This document shows, piece after piece, positions 25,226 to 36,650 of a stretch of 64,000 nucleotides of DNA. The stretch is from Octopus bimaculoides. Its lineage: Eukaryota. The notes under the pieces were generated by a model, which saw nothing but the letters and a program-made list of their open reading frames with translations, did no database searches and had not been told where the DNA came from. Location: contig NC_068981.1 of assembly GCF_001194135.2 (NCBI RefSeq), positions 150,242,086-150,306,085 of the forward strand, written 5' to 3'. The position numbers were made by a program, and so were the translations under genes. Within the stretch, counting starts at the first letter, position 1; the number at the start of each line of letters is the position of its first letter.

Positions 25226-25370
25226 TTTCTCTGGAGACTGTTAGAATGATGTGGACGCCTCTGATGAAAATCCAATAAGGTCCGAAAATTGAATAAGGTT
25301 GTTCGTCATTTTTTTTTAAGTCTGCGGAGGAATGGCTAAAATTTGCCGTTTAGAATTATACCATGCGTTA
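25226..25370 (+). repeat. Dispersed hammerhead-bearing repeat, copy 2 (ribozyme at 25257-25299 decayed)
   Basis: GCCT-CTGATGA-AAATC(CAATAA)GGTCC-GAAA-ATTGAA-T-A-AGGT. Core and stem I are retained; stems II and III carry mismatches. Confidence 0.8.
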
Positions 25371-25376
25371 TACACA

Positions 25377-25438
<62 letters not shown>

Positions 25439-26302
25439 NNNNNNNNNNNNNNNNNNNNNNNNNNNNNNNNNNNNNNNNNNNNNNNNNNNNNNNNNNNNNN
25501 NNNNNNNNNNNNNNNNNNNNNNNNNNNNNNNNNNNNNNNNNNNNNNNNNNNNNNNNNNNNNNNNNNNNNNNNNNNNNNNNNNNNNNNNNNNNNNNNNNNN
25601 NNNNNNNNNNNNNNNNNNNNNNNNNNNNNNNNNNNNNNNNNNNNNNNNNNNNNNNNNNNNNNNNNNNNNNNNNNNNNNNNNNNNNNNNNNNNNNNNNNNN
25701 NNNNNNNNNNNNNNNNNNNNNNNNNNNNNNNNNNNNNNNNNNNNNNNNNNNNNNNNNNNNNNNNNNNNNNNNNNNNNNNNNNNNNNNNNNNNNNNNNNNN
25801 NNNNNNNNNNNNNNNNNNNNNNNNNNNNNNNNNNNNNNNNNNNNNNNNNNNNNNNNNNNNNNNNNNNNNNNNNNNNNNNNNNNNNNNNNNNNNNNNNNNN
25901 NNNNNNNNNNNNNNNNNNNNNNNNNNNNNNNNNNNNNNNNNNNNNNNNNNNNNNNNNNNNNNNNNNNNNNNNNNNNNNNNNNNNNNNNNNNNNNNNNNNN
26001 NNNNNNNNNNNNNNNNNNNNNNNNNNNNNNNNNNNNNNNNNNNNNNNNNNNNNNNNNNNNNNNNNNNNNNNNNNNNNNNNNNNNNNNNNNNNNNNNNNNN
26101 NNNNNNNNNNNNNNNNNNNNNNNNNNNNNNNNNNNNNNNNNNNNNNNNNNNNNNNNNNNNNNNNNNNNNNNNNNNNNNNNNNNNNNNNNNNNNNNNNNNN
26201 NNNNNNNGTAGTTAGTAGCAGATCTAACAGAATATTTAATATGAAGGATAAGAGTTCTTGATTTTAATTGTTTAAGCAGCAGTAGCCGAGGAAGGAGGCG
26301 AT

Positions 26303-26370
26303 GAAGAAGAAGAGGAGGAAGAAGAAGAAGAAGAAGAAGAAGAAGAAGAAGAAGAAGAAGAAGAAGAAGA
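26303..26370. repeat. (GAA)n trinucleotide tract
   Basis: Directly visible. Confidence 0.95.
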
Positions 26371-26574
26371 GGAGAGTAGGAAAAGAAGAAAAAGAGTTCG
26401 AAAATACGGGAGTGGTATGACAGTAGTAGGATATTAGTGGAATCCTCTTAAATGGCCAAGTGACCTAAAAATGACTTGTTGTGGTCATAATAGTAGTAAT
26501 TGGAATTGTTCTTAATAAACTCATGAGTAGTAACTGTCCTGAACATATCGTTTTAAATTTTTGCGAGGGTATTA

Positions 26575-27320
26575 TTTTAAGGCCCTTGTAGTAGTGTCGT
26601 TTGTGGTGGAAGCATTCAAAAGGGGTTTATATTTTGCGATAAAATATGACTTTTTGCTAATGCTCTGATTATAGGTTGTATCGTTCCTGAATTTATTGAG
26701 AGGAAAAAATTCTGAAGTTAGGCTGTTCGTTATTGGCGCAAATGTCGATATGTTCACAGAATGCTATTTTTCTGTATTCCCGAATTTTAATCTAGGATCT
26801 ATGTAGAGTCATCCTTTGACGTAGACTGTCTTTGGTTTGGCCTATGTATTGCTCTCGACACCCTGAGCAAGTTAACACATATATTAGGTCTTCCGAAGTA
26901 CATTTGAAGTTGTTTTTCACTGTAAAATGTTGACCTTGTTTGAAATTACGTTGACGCATATACCGCATTTAAGTCTTCCGCATTTTTTTACTGACGGCTT
27001 CAGTGTTGTTGTTGAGTGTCTTTGGGCTTGTGTTAGGAGAATTTTCATAAGTTTTTGGTTGAAAGCCTGTATCAATTAGTGATGGTGAGTAGTTTCTGGT
27101 AGTGAGTGTATCTTTTAGTTCATATATATGACCTCCTTTGTATCGTTGGCGATTTTCTTTCTCCAGCTTCCCTTCTTTGGACGTTTTTTATATTTCTGAT
27201 GAAGAGCTCCACTCGAAACGTGAATTCCTCTTTCTTTTCTTTCCTTTCCTCAGCATCCAATAACACTGCACTTATTCCACGTCCTCGCGTTGTTTTTCGT
27301 GTTTTTTCTTGCTTGTTCAT
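26575..27320 (-). mobile_element. Penelope-like element (PLE), 5'-truncated, with GIY-YIG endonuclease remnant and adjacent inverted pLTR-like segment
   Basis: Minus strand: ELKDTLTTRNYSPSLIDTGF (post-RT thumb), KKCGRLKCGIC (Cys linker), then FKCTSEDLIYVLTCSGCREQYIGQTKDSLRQRMTLHRS*I..FCEHIDIC (GIY-YIG with Cys/His motif). A hammerhead-like motif lies on the opposite strand at 27193-27225. Confidence 0.85.
27193..27225 (+). ncRNA. Minimal hammerhead-like motif (family H2)
   Basis: ttt-CTGATGA-A-GAG(CTCCA)CTC-GAAA-CG-T-G-aa. The core is intact and ACGT is palindromic, but position 17 is G, which is non-permissive for cleavage. Confidence 0.5.
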
Positions 27321-27489
27321 GTTTGGATTGAGTATATATATACATATATACATTTCATATTTTGTATTTTGGAGTAATGAGTATATGTCGATTAGTGTGT
27401 TGAAGTTTTGAGCACATTTTAGGCTACCTGGTGCCATCCGCACTCTGGGTATATATTTTCGCTGGATTTACTTTAAGAAATCCGCAGTG

Positions 27490-28250
27490 TTTGTTGCGAT
27501 AATAATAATAATTTCTGAAGTAATCAGAAGATGGATTTGGTATTAATCTTTGTTTTGAACAACGGTCATTTACACCCATCCTGCTACTATCCCTTATGGG
27601 TGGGATTCCGTTCAACATGTTGTATTCCATCCATTTTACAGTCTGAGTCTTATCAGGTACATAAAGTTGTGTCTCCCTAAAGATCCTGAGTTTTTGGCTG
27701 TCACGTTTGTTATGTGTCCGTCTGGTTATGACCTTTACTAGACTGGTCCTTATTCCATTACTTGCAATTCACCTACCTCTTACATGCATTCTAAGTTAAG
27801 GAAACAAGACTAATCTTATACGAATTATTATTCCAATTAGTAAGTATATGCACTCTATTTCCTGACCATGTCTAACTTAATAGCATCAAGTAGTGTAATC
27901 TTCTAGGTCATATTTTAGGATACATTTCACTTAAATAGGGAGTTGTTATTCACCTAGATATACCCAATCTTTGCTGGTTTGTCTAATATTTGTTGGCGGA
28001 ATTTGTTCAGATACCGTCTGAATGTTATGAGGCCTTTTTTCCTCTTTGATTTCTCTCATGATAATATTGAATAAATCAGGATAAATTGATGATAAAACAC
28101 TTGTATCGCAATGGCTCTGGGACCAGTCTTTGAGTGAATTGCGAACAGGATGCCAGCATTGTGTGGACGATGTACAAATAATATACTGAATAAAACTTAC
28201 ATTGTACAGATAATATACAGGAGTGAATCTTTTACATCGGTAGATCTTTC
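27490..28250 (-). mobile_element. RTE-clade LINE remnant, degenerate
   Basis: Minus strand: YPDLFNIIMREIKE (cf. SPDLFNLYSEMIMRE), later DGHITN..LIRLRL*..HVER (cf. WxDHITNEEV..IRKRRLKWxGHVxR), followed by an (ATT)n run. Confidence 0.5.
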
Positions 28251-28723
28251 GGTCATATGAAAATACATGTAAAATAAAATATGCATACAAAGGAGTTCGT
28301 ATAAAATGTATCTGGAAAGAAATCATAACCTGGGTTTTACAGTCATCGACAAAGCCAAATAATATTCGAAATTTGAGGATTAAGCATGTTCTCGTTCTTA
28401 ATATATAACACCTTATACAGACAACAACAAAGAGTTGTGCGATGCAAATTTGCTAATGTAATAATAACAATCTGCTCACGTTGAATCCCATGATGCCAAC
28501 GTCTGTGCATATTAGATTTAAGCTAATTCTTTATTTTTCTTTACATAGGTTTTAAAATTCTTTACAAAGGTTTTAAAATTGATGTATTGGTTTTGAATTT
28601 ACTTTCTTATCTCGAGCTTTCCCGACATACATATATACAAATACAAATACACAAACACACACATACATACATACATACATACATACATACACACATACAT
28701 ACACACATACATACACACACACG

Positions 28724-28761
<38 letters not shown>

Positions 28762-30773
28762 TATCATTCCGAACTTGTTAGAGTGATTTCAACTCTGATA
28801 CTTGTCGGCGACGTGATAGCAAATGCCTTTTATTTGTTGTTATGACGTTAGCTAATATTCTGATTTATTTATCTTACTCTGAGTAACATGATTGTGTATG
28901 ATAAACCGCTTAAATATCGAGGAGACTTTTTGAAACATTAAAATTAGAAATTTATTTTAAGACGATTTTTTCGTTCCGAAGAAAATATAACTATATCGAA
29001 GAGAGTTCACTAAAAATATTCCATTTGAAAATGAGATTGAATGCGAAAACCAGGTCAATTTAATTTCAATATCAGTCAGACATTTTCACTTCTTTGTCAA
29101 TAATTTCTTCATTTTTTTTTTTCACAGGCATACGTAGAATGGTTGAAAAGATTACTTTCATTACATTTCATCTTATTTACAAAGAGAATTTCACCAGTTT
29201 CTAATTAGCTACACAAAAACCTTTACTCTGTTTTTTATTTTATTCTTTTATCATGCTGTAACAAGAAAGTAACCACCTTCTAATTTCCCTGAACTCTCTT
29301 TTTTTTTAAAACCTCCTAAATAATTTTAGACTTAACTGGTACGAAACAGTAACAGTGATCTTCGCAGTTTTATAAATGGTGCTAATTATAAATACTTAGA
29401 AAATGATATTCAATGAAAGCAGACACAGCTTGGAAGTAACTATTCTTCACACAATTTATTATGAGCAACGAAAATAAAATGAACAGAATCTCGTATTTCT
29501 TATTTATTTCTTAATAGAGAGAGAAACTATACATTTTCAGTCAGGAAGTTTATTTCATTTGACAGTAGTCTGTGAAATCAAATACATTTCATCGCAATTC
29601 GTCTATAGTTAACCCATCACGTGACTTACTTCAGTTAATGTCGTTGATGGAAAAATTGAAATAATATATTTCCAGTTGTTAAATCAGATCTGTTCAAATA
29701 TCTCAGTGTCGCAAATGGCTGAGTTGTTAGGGTGTTCGATATTTTTGATGCTAGCAGCGCTGATGTAATGTGTCTCCGATCAATTCACCTAAATTTACGG
29801 TCTAGTACACCGTGATGTAAATAGATACAAAGGAAAGATACAACTTTTCAAAGACAGTTACTGGAGAAATGCTTGAATAATGAATATTTCGATAACTTTC
29901 AAGCCAAGCAGGCGAAAAGAGATTGTCCAGTAAATTCTGCACAGAAACACGATTCTTCCGAAGATACGGTCTACCTTCACATCTAATACGTAATCTTTAT
30001 TTGGCATTCGCTAGTCACAGACAACATGCTACATAACCCATCAAAGTATATAGAATTGCAGAACCCCTATTGATCTTTACAGGTGTTTTTAACTAAATGG
30101 AATAGCTAAAATCTTCATCCGAAGACTACATTTCCTCTTCAGTACAGGTCAATAGGTAATGCTCTGCAAAATTTGGTAATTCCGATAAAACGGAGTGGTG
30201 CTACTGCTTCATTCATACGCCTCCTAAAGAATATCTAAGCGGAAACTGTTTGGCTGATTGGCAAACTTTTACTTACCAGCATAGTATAATATTTAGCCAA
30301 GACATGCTACTTTTCTCAATCTATGTATCTTTATTTCTGTGTTCTCTCAATATATTAATCAATTTTGATACTACTACAAAGACTTATTCCTGCTCGTAGT
30401 AGCATTTACACACCACTCAGGTTCACTTGACCCTCACATAAAACACTTTGACAATTTCTTTAACATTTTTCTTTAATCATTGATCTACAGATGTTCACGC
30501 TCAACGTATTAAAAACCCGTGTTGTTCTGTGCAGCCTCGGAAACCATCTGAAAGTTATGCATGCTGCCCTTCCTCTCGCTTAAGATATAAAAAGAGTCGC
30601 AATACAGCTGTGGCCCATAAATATCGGAAATACTTGCGTACTTAGTTATATATAGTGGTATTATTAATGAGAGGTAAATGGTTCATGCATGTTAGATATC
30701 AATCTTTTAATATGTATGTAGACATAGTTATATAAATATGTAGACATAGTTTATATAACTATGTAGATATATT

Positions 30774-30930
30774 GGTTTCAAAGTTTGGCACAAGGCCAGC
30801 AAGTTTGGAGCGAGGAGGGGATAAGTCGATTACATCAAACCCAGTGATCAACTGGTAACTTCTTTATCGACCTGGAAAGGTGCTAAGCATTTTGCCCGGC
30901 GTGCTATTGATTTTGCCAGTTCACTGCCTT
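30774..30930 (-). mobile_element. SINE family A copy with internal deletion
   Basis: ggtttcaaagtttggcacaaggccagcaa..aagtcgattacatc..cccagtg..actggta..tttatcgacc.ggaaagg|tgctaagcattttgcccggcgtgcta..ttttgccagttcactgcc. Confidence 0.75.
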
Positions 30931-31659
30931 TATTTGAATGAAGATTAATGATTCTTCGAGCATAGGAATCAGCGATAGGAACGTGAAAAGACAACAAATA
31001 ACTACGTGAACTTTCATTCCTATTTCTGCTTCACATTCATTGGTGATCAGTGTATCCACTCATTTACATACAGTAAATATGTATATCTACCCATAAACGA
31101 TAGTCACCTATACGCACGGTAAAAGAGCCTCTATGACAATACGAGAAATAGGAAAACATTTTAGATTGTATAGTTCTAGATATACTATGTCTGAATAAAA
31201 GATATGGTAGGCATAAGTGGATCATCTTCAATATAAATTTGACCGAACAACGAAAGTAACACATCACATTCTAGATATGAGAGAGCACTGCGCAGCCTGA
31301 TGTTTGCTATGAGAAAATATAAATAGAATTTCACCTTTACATGTATGATAGGTTTCAATTATTATTAAACAGTTAACTGTTAGCAATCATCAGTAACTAC
31401 ATCGTCATTCACGTTGTCCTTCGTGCCTGCTATAAAAAAGCAGAAATAATTTATTCTATTGAGAAGCATATCATGAGATTATGAGACCGAGAAGATCGGG
31501 AAATGCTGATGAAGTTTCGAACTGCATTGTTTCAAGTTAAGCATAATATACAAAATGAATATCATTAATTAAAAAGATACAACTTGAGCACAGACATGTC
31601 TTACCCTTTTATATATATAGACATACATACATATACATACATACATACATACATACACA

Positions 31660-31701
<42 letters not shown>

Positions 31702-32100
31702 AACTATTGTGCTTACACACAGACGCACACACACACATGTATAGTTGAAGATATAGATATGTCATTATATTCATCTATATGCATTTACGTATTTAAATGT
31801 ACGTATTAATGAGAACGCGCTATCGTAGAAACAGTCATTTTAAATTTCTTCGAATATCTGTGTTAAGAATAAGAGCTTATAAATCACCGCAAAGAAAAAT
31901 TGTATTTCCAAAATTTTATTATCTGGAGAAGTATCAATTGCTTATATTCATGAATGAACACACATGAATACACACACATACACACACACACACACACACG
32001 CATACATGCATACATGCATATACACACACACACACATACTTACACACATTCATTGATACATACATACATACATACATACGTATATACATACATACATACG

Positions 32101-32460
32101 AAGACTGAAGACATCGACTCGTTTATTGCAAACTGCGAGAGAATGTCTTCCAGATACTAGATATTATCTTGCCATCGGACATGATACGGTGACGAGAGCA
32201 GTCTGGAAAAAGATAAGAAAAAAGAAAAACACCAACAAACGAAGTTGACTATATTGCAGCCATCTGTCAAAAGAATATCGGTGAAAATTTTGAAAAATTA
32301 AATAGCTTCCAAGTTAAGACACAGCCGCCTAGATATTGCAGTGTGGAATCATAACGAAAAGATATGCTCCGTTGTGAAAATCGACTGCCTTTGGAGCCAC
32401 AATGTGGTGAGAAAAATATTTAAGTAGGACATCTATGGACCACTGAAAAGATTTTTTAAA
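32101..32460 (+). mobile_element. RLE-type non-LTR retrotransposon C-terminal fragment (R4/Dong-like)
   Basis: With frameshifts: EDIDSFIANCERMSSRY/YLAIGHDTVTRAVWKKIRKK (end of CCHC knuckle plus RHD motif), then KLRHSRLDIAVWNHNEKICSVVKIDC..RKIFK*DIYGPL (RPD..D/ExxC..K..K..Y restriction-like endonuclease pattern). Confidence 0.7.
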
Positions 32461-32515
32461 ATACAGTAATACGATACATTTTCATCTTCATGCTTACCAC
32501 CCATCCTGGAGCAAA

Positions 32516-32747
32516 GGGCGGCGAGCTCGCAGAACCGTTAACACGCCGGGCGAAATGCTTTGTTGTATTTCGTCTGCCGTTACGTTCTGATTTCAAATTC
32601 AGCCGAGGACGACTTTGCCTTTCATCCATTCGGGGTCGATTAAATAAGTACCAGTCATGCGCTGGGGTCAATGTAATCGACTTAATACCTTTGTCTGTCC
32701 TTGTTTGTTCTCACTATATTTAGCGCCTCCTGTGGGCAATACAGAAA
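32516..32747 (+). mobile_element. SINE family A, near full length
   Basis: ggcggcgagctcgcagaaccgttaacacgccgggcgaaatgc..ttcaaattcagccgagg.cgactttgcctttcatcc.ttcggggtcgattaaataagtaccag; ends at the assembly gap. Confidence 0.88.
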
Positions 32748-33963
32748 NNNNNNNNNNNNNNNNNNNNNNNNNNNNNNNNNNNNNNNNNNNNNNNNNNNNN
32801 NNNNNNNNNNNNNNNNNNNNNNNNNNNNNNNNNNNNNNNNNNNNNNNNNNNNNNNNNNNNNNNNNNNNNNNNNNNNNNNNNNNNNNNNNNNNNNNNNNNN
32901 NNNNNNNNNNNNNNNNNNTATATATATATATATATATATATATTATTTCAATTAAAAAAAAGTATGGTTGAACTTGGCTTTTAGGAAGAGAATGCAACTT
33001 GTGAAATCTATGCTACAAATGATTACTATATGTGGCACATTTAAAGTCTCCAAGAAAGTTTGAAAATTTAAAGGAAAATGAACAAAACAATCAAGCAGTT
33101 GGCCGGTCAAAATTAACTCTAAAGGGAAGTAGAAAATATACATACTTATGAATGTGCTTGTGCATAGCGGGACGCGTGAATATTTCACGGAATTAATGGT
33201 AAACTTATTGGGTTATTTCTGAAGACTTTATCCCCCCCCCCCTAAAAAAAGCTGAAAGCGTTGCCTGTGTTATATTTGTACCAAAAGATAGTCGCTCGTC
33301 TGCTGATCACTGAAAGATCAAGGAAATTGGATTACGATGATTACTTAATGCACTTTATAAATACACTTTATTTACTTTATGCACAGTTTTATAGACTTAG
33401 TATACAGCAGTCTCCCTCTTTATCACTCACTCTTCGTCTTACCCTTTTTTTCGCTCTCCTTTTACTTTCGCTCTTCGCTTTTCCCTTTAATTAATGGCGT
33501 GAAAGTTACTGACGGGCTAAGTAACGAAGAAAGAAAAAGCTTATTTTTAAAAAATTAACACATTTCACTCACTACTACCTCTGGCCCTACCCCACCTCTA
33601 CCACCCACCCCACCCCTTCAACTAATCATGTGGATGCATTACAGACGGGCTAAGTAACGGAGAAACAAGTAGACTTATTATAAGATGATTTATACGAAAA
33701 ATAGTATTCACAAAATTATTGTAAACAATAAGGTACTATGTAACGGAGACATGTTTACTCTTTCTAATGCTTTGGACGACCATAGAGAGACTCTCCAATT
33801 GAAATGGTTTCTGTTTTATTCTACATTGTGACTAATTTGCAGAACTATCCAACTGCACATTTTAATATGAAAGTTAATAATCCGGGTATATGCTTGCGTT
33901 TGCAGAAGAGAAGTGTTACTTAATCATCGTAACGTTCTTTTATTGTATTTGTGCGTGTGTATT

Positions 33964-34016
<53 letters not shown>

Positions 34017-34721
34017 GAATTTGTTTATATCGGTGTGTTTATGAGTGCTTGCATACATTTCTGTCTATAAGTGTATGCTTTTACATGGCTGTATCTCATA
34101 ATTATTGTCTGCTTGTCTTTTATACATCATACTATCAGCTGAAAATTATCATTTTTAACTGTTTGCTAGATATCAAGTAATTTATTATCAAGGTACAATA
34201 ATTGTCTTCCTCTTCTTGCGTGTTCATGAACGTCTCTGTGATTTGAAGCAGGGCTTACATTGGAATGAAAAAAAAAAGAACAATAATAAGAAAATCGACT
34301 ACTTCAGCCTTATTTTATTATATACTTTTGATGTTTCCTTTTCTTGCTTCGCTCTATCTATTAATGTGAAATTTTGTCATTGAAGTAAGTTAATGCAAAA
34401 TGTATTTTATGATATTATTAATGAGAATGTGTGTGAAAGAGAGAGAGAGAGAGAGAGAGAAGAGAGGGAGACAGACAAACAAAAAAGAAGATTTCGAGTG
34501 GGCGAGTTTATGTTTGTATGATATGGGGAAAAGGGGTTTGTTTGTCTGCGTGGTTTGGTGTGTGTAGCAGGAAGAAACTGCATTGGCTGAAAGACATCGA
34601 TATAAAACTGGTTTCGCTTCCCGGTTATATCCAATCCACCTTCTGTATAACAGGCAAGGAATACCGATGGCATCTTGTATTCCGCTGATACACCCAGCTA
34701 CGCAAGCACAAGCACGCACGA

Positions 34722-34755
<34 letters not shown>

Positions 34756-35184
34756 ACACACGCACGCNNNNNNNNNNACACACACACACACACACACACA
34801 CATACACACACACGCACGCACACACACACACACGCATACACACACACAAACACACACGCAAGCACACATACACAGACAAAGGCACATACACTTGTACTAA
34901 TTGATATTTTTTGTAGTATCGGTATATCTTTATATTTCTACACTTGAAGCAATACACATATATACAGGAATGTACTCTCACACACATATACATATGACAT
35001 AAGGAGATAGACAGACAGAGAAAGAAGCGAGCAAGACCACACTGTGTGCATGCACATGTGTGCATGCACATGTGTGCATGTATGTTATTGTGCGTATGAG
35101 TGCTTGCGAGTATTGTGATGACAAGTGAAATTACTATTTTATAATATGTGATAAACTTCCACATTGATATCGATAACATTTTTT

Positions 35185-35475
35185 ATCCTAAATCGTAACA
35201 CTCTCCAGTTGGTAGGCCAGCAGAGATGGCGAAATAACTGCTGATCCTCATCCTGACTTCCAACTTAACTCTTCTCTCTTGCTCCATAGCTAGCAAAAGG
35301 CTCTTTCTCCTGCCTCTCCCACCTTGAACCCAGTGATCCTTCGCACTTTTCCTCTCGTTCCAGTGGTTGTAAACTTCCTCCATACCGCCTAGGCAAGGGA
35401 TCTGTTTCAGCCAACCTCGACTATGAAAAGCCATGCCTGCAATCCCTTCTTGCAATCTTGCAGAATGCTCTCGCA
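35185..35475 (-). mobile_element. RLE-type non-LTR retrotransposon 3' end (HERO-like)
   Basis: A minus-strand frame different from the listed ORF reads CESILQDCKKGLQAWLFIVEVG*NRSLA*AVWRKFTTTGTRGKVRR..VGEAGERAFC*LWSKREELSWKSG* (stop at 35248-35250). From memory this matches the HERO C-terminus 'C..KGW.AWLFPVEVGCRGF....W......G...R......AERAS.WLW.KR'. A short 3' UTR follows. Confidence 0.65.
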
Positions 35476-36264
35476 CAACTGAACTACTTCCCCAATGAAT
35501 AATATTATAATGGGCTGATTATCCCACAGACTTTTGAATTCTTAATGTAACACTCACAAAAACTGAACATGAGATATTCGCTTACACACAGCTCCGTCTC
35601 CACAAATTTCCCTACAAGGCTCTAGGATGACCTTAGAGTAAGTAATAGACATTTTCTCAAGACCCCGCTAGTCAGGAATGACCTCACAATTTTGCGTTTG
35701 TTTCAATAGCAGCAAGAAACGATTCTACAAGAAGTCATAATGTTGGTGTTAGTGGAAGAAACGATGAAGAAAAAAACTGCTGAAAAACGAAATGAAAGTG
35801 AAGAATAAATACAGAAAATTGGGAAAACGAAGTTAAAGCAAGTGAGCTAATATAAAGGCGTCTGCTAATTCCATTGTTCTTCTTTTTAAAACAGATCAAT
35901 GCTTATCATTGCAAGTTATCTACCTGTCCGCTACAGTGCAAACGTTTGCTTAAGTAGTTGAGACAAAAGTCTTTGATAAAAGTTTGCCTCCAGTAAAAAC
36001 CGTAAACACATGCGTATATGTATGTATGTATGAATGTATGTATGTATGTATGTATGTATGTATGTATGTATGTATATATANNNNNNNNNNNNNNNNNNNN
36101 NNNNNNNNNNNNNNNNNNNNNNNNNNNNNNNNNNNNNNNNNNNNNNNNNNNNNNNNNNNNNNNNNNNNNNNNNNNNNNNNNNNNNNNNNNNNNNNNNNNN
36201 NNNNNNNNNNNNNNNNNNNNNNNNNNNNNNNNNNNNNNNNNNNNNNNNNNNNNNNNNNNNNNNN

Positions 36265-36323
<59 letters not shown>

Positions 36324-36507
36324 TGAATGTATATATGCATATATAGCTATATAAATACATACATATATATGTGTATTTACATATATAGATATATATATCT
36401 ATGGATATACATTCATATACAAACATATACGTGTGTGTGTTCCTCTGTATATATGTAAATACGTATGTATGTATACATGTGTGTATATATATATAAATGT
36501 GTATATG

Positions 36508-36555
<48 letters not shown>

Positions 36556-36563
36556 AATGTGTC

Positions 36564-36650
<87 letters not shown>

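Noticed and set aside
29105-29210. Strong acceptor-like site (ttttttttcacAG at 29126-27); similar sites before 21089, 22405 and 37862
   Set aside because: No convincing downstream donor or recognisable peptide. Such pyrimidine tracts are common in AT-rich DNA, so RNA-seq would be needed.
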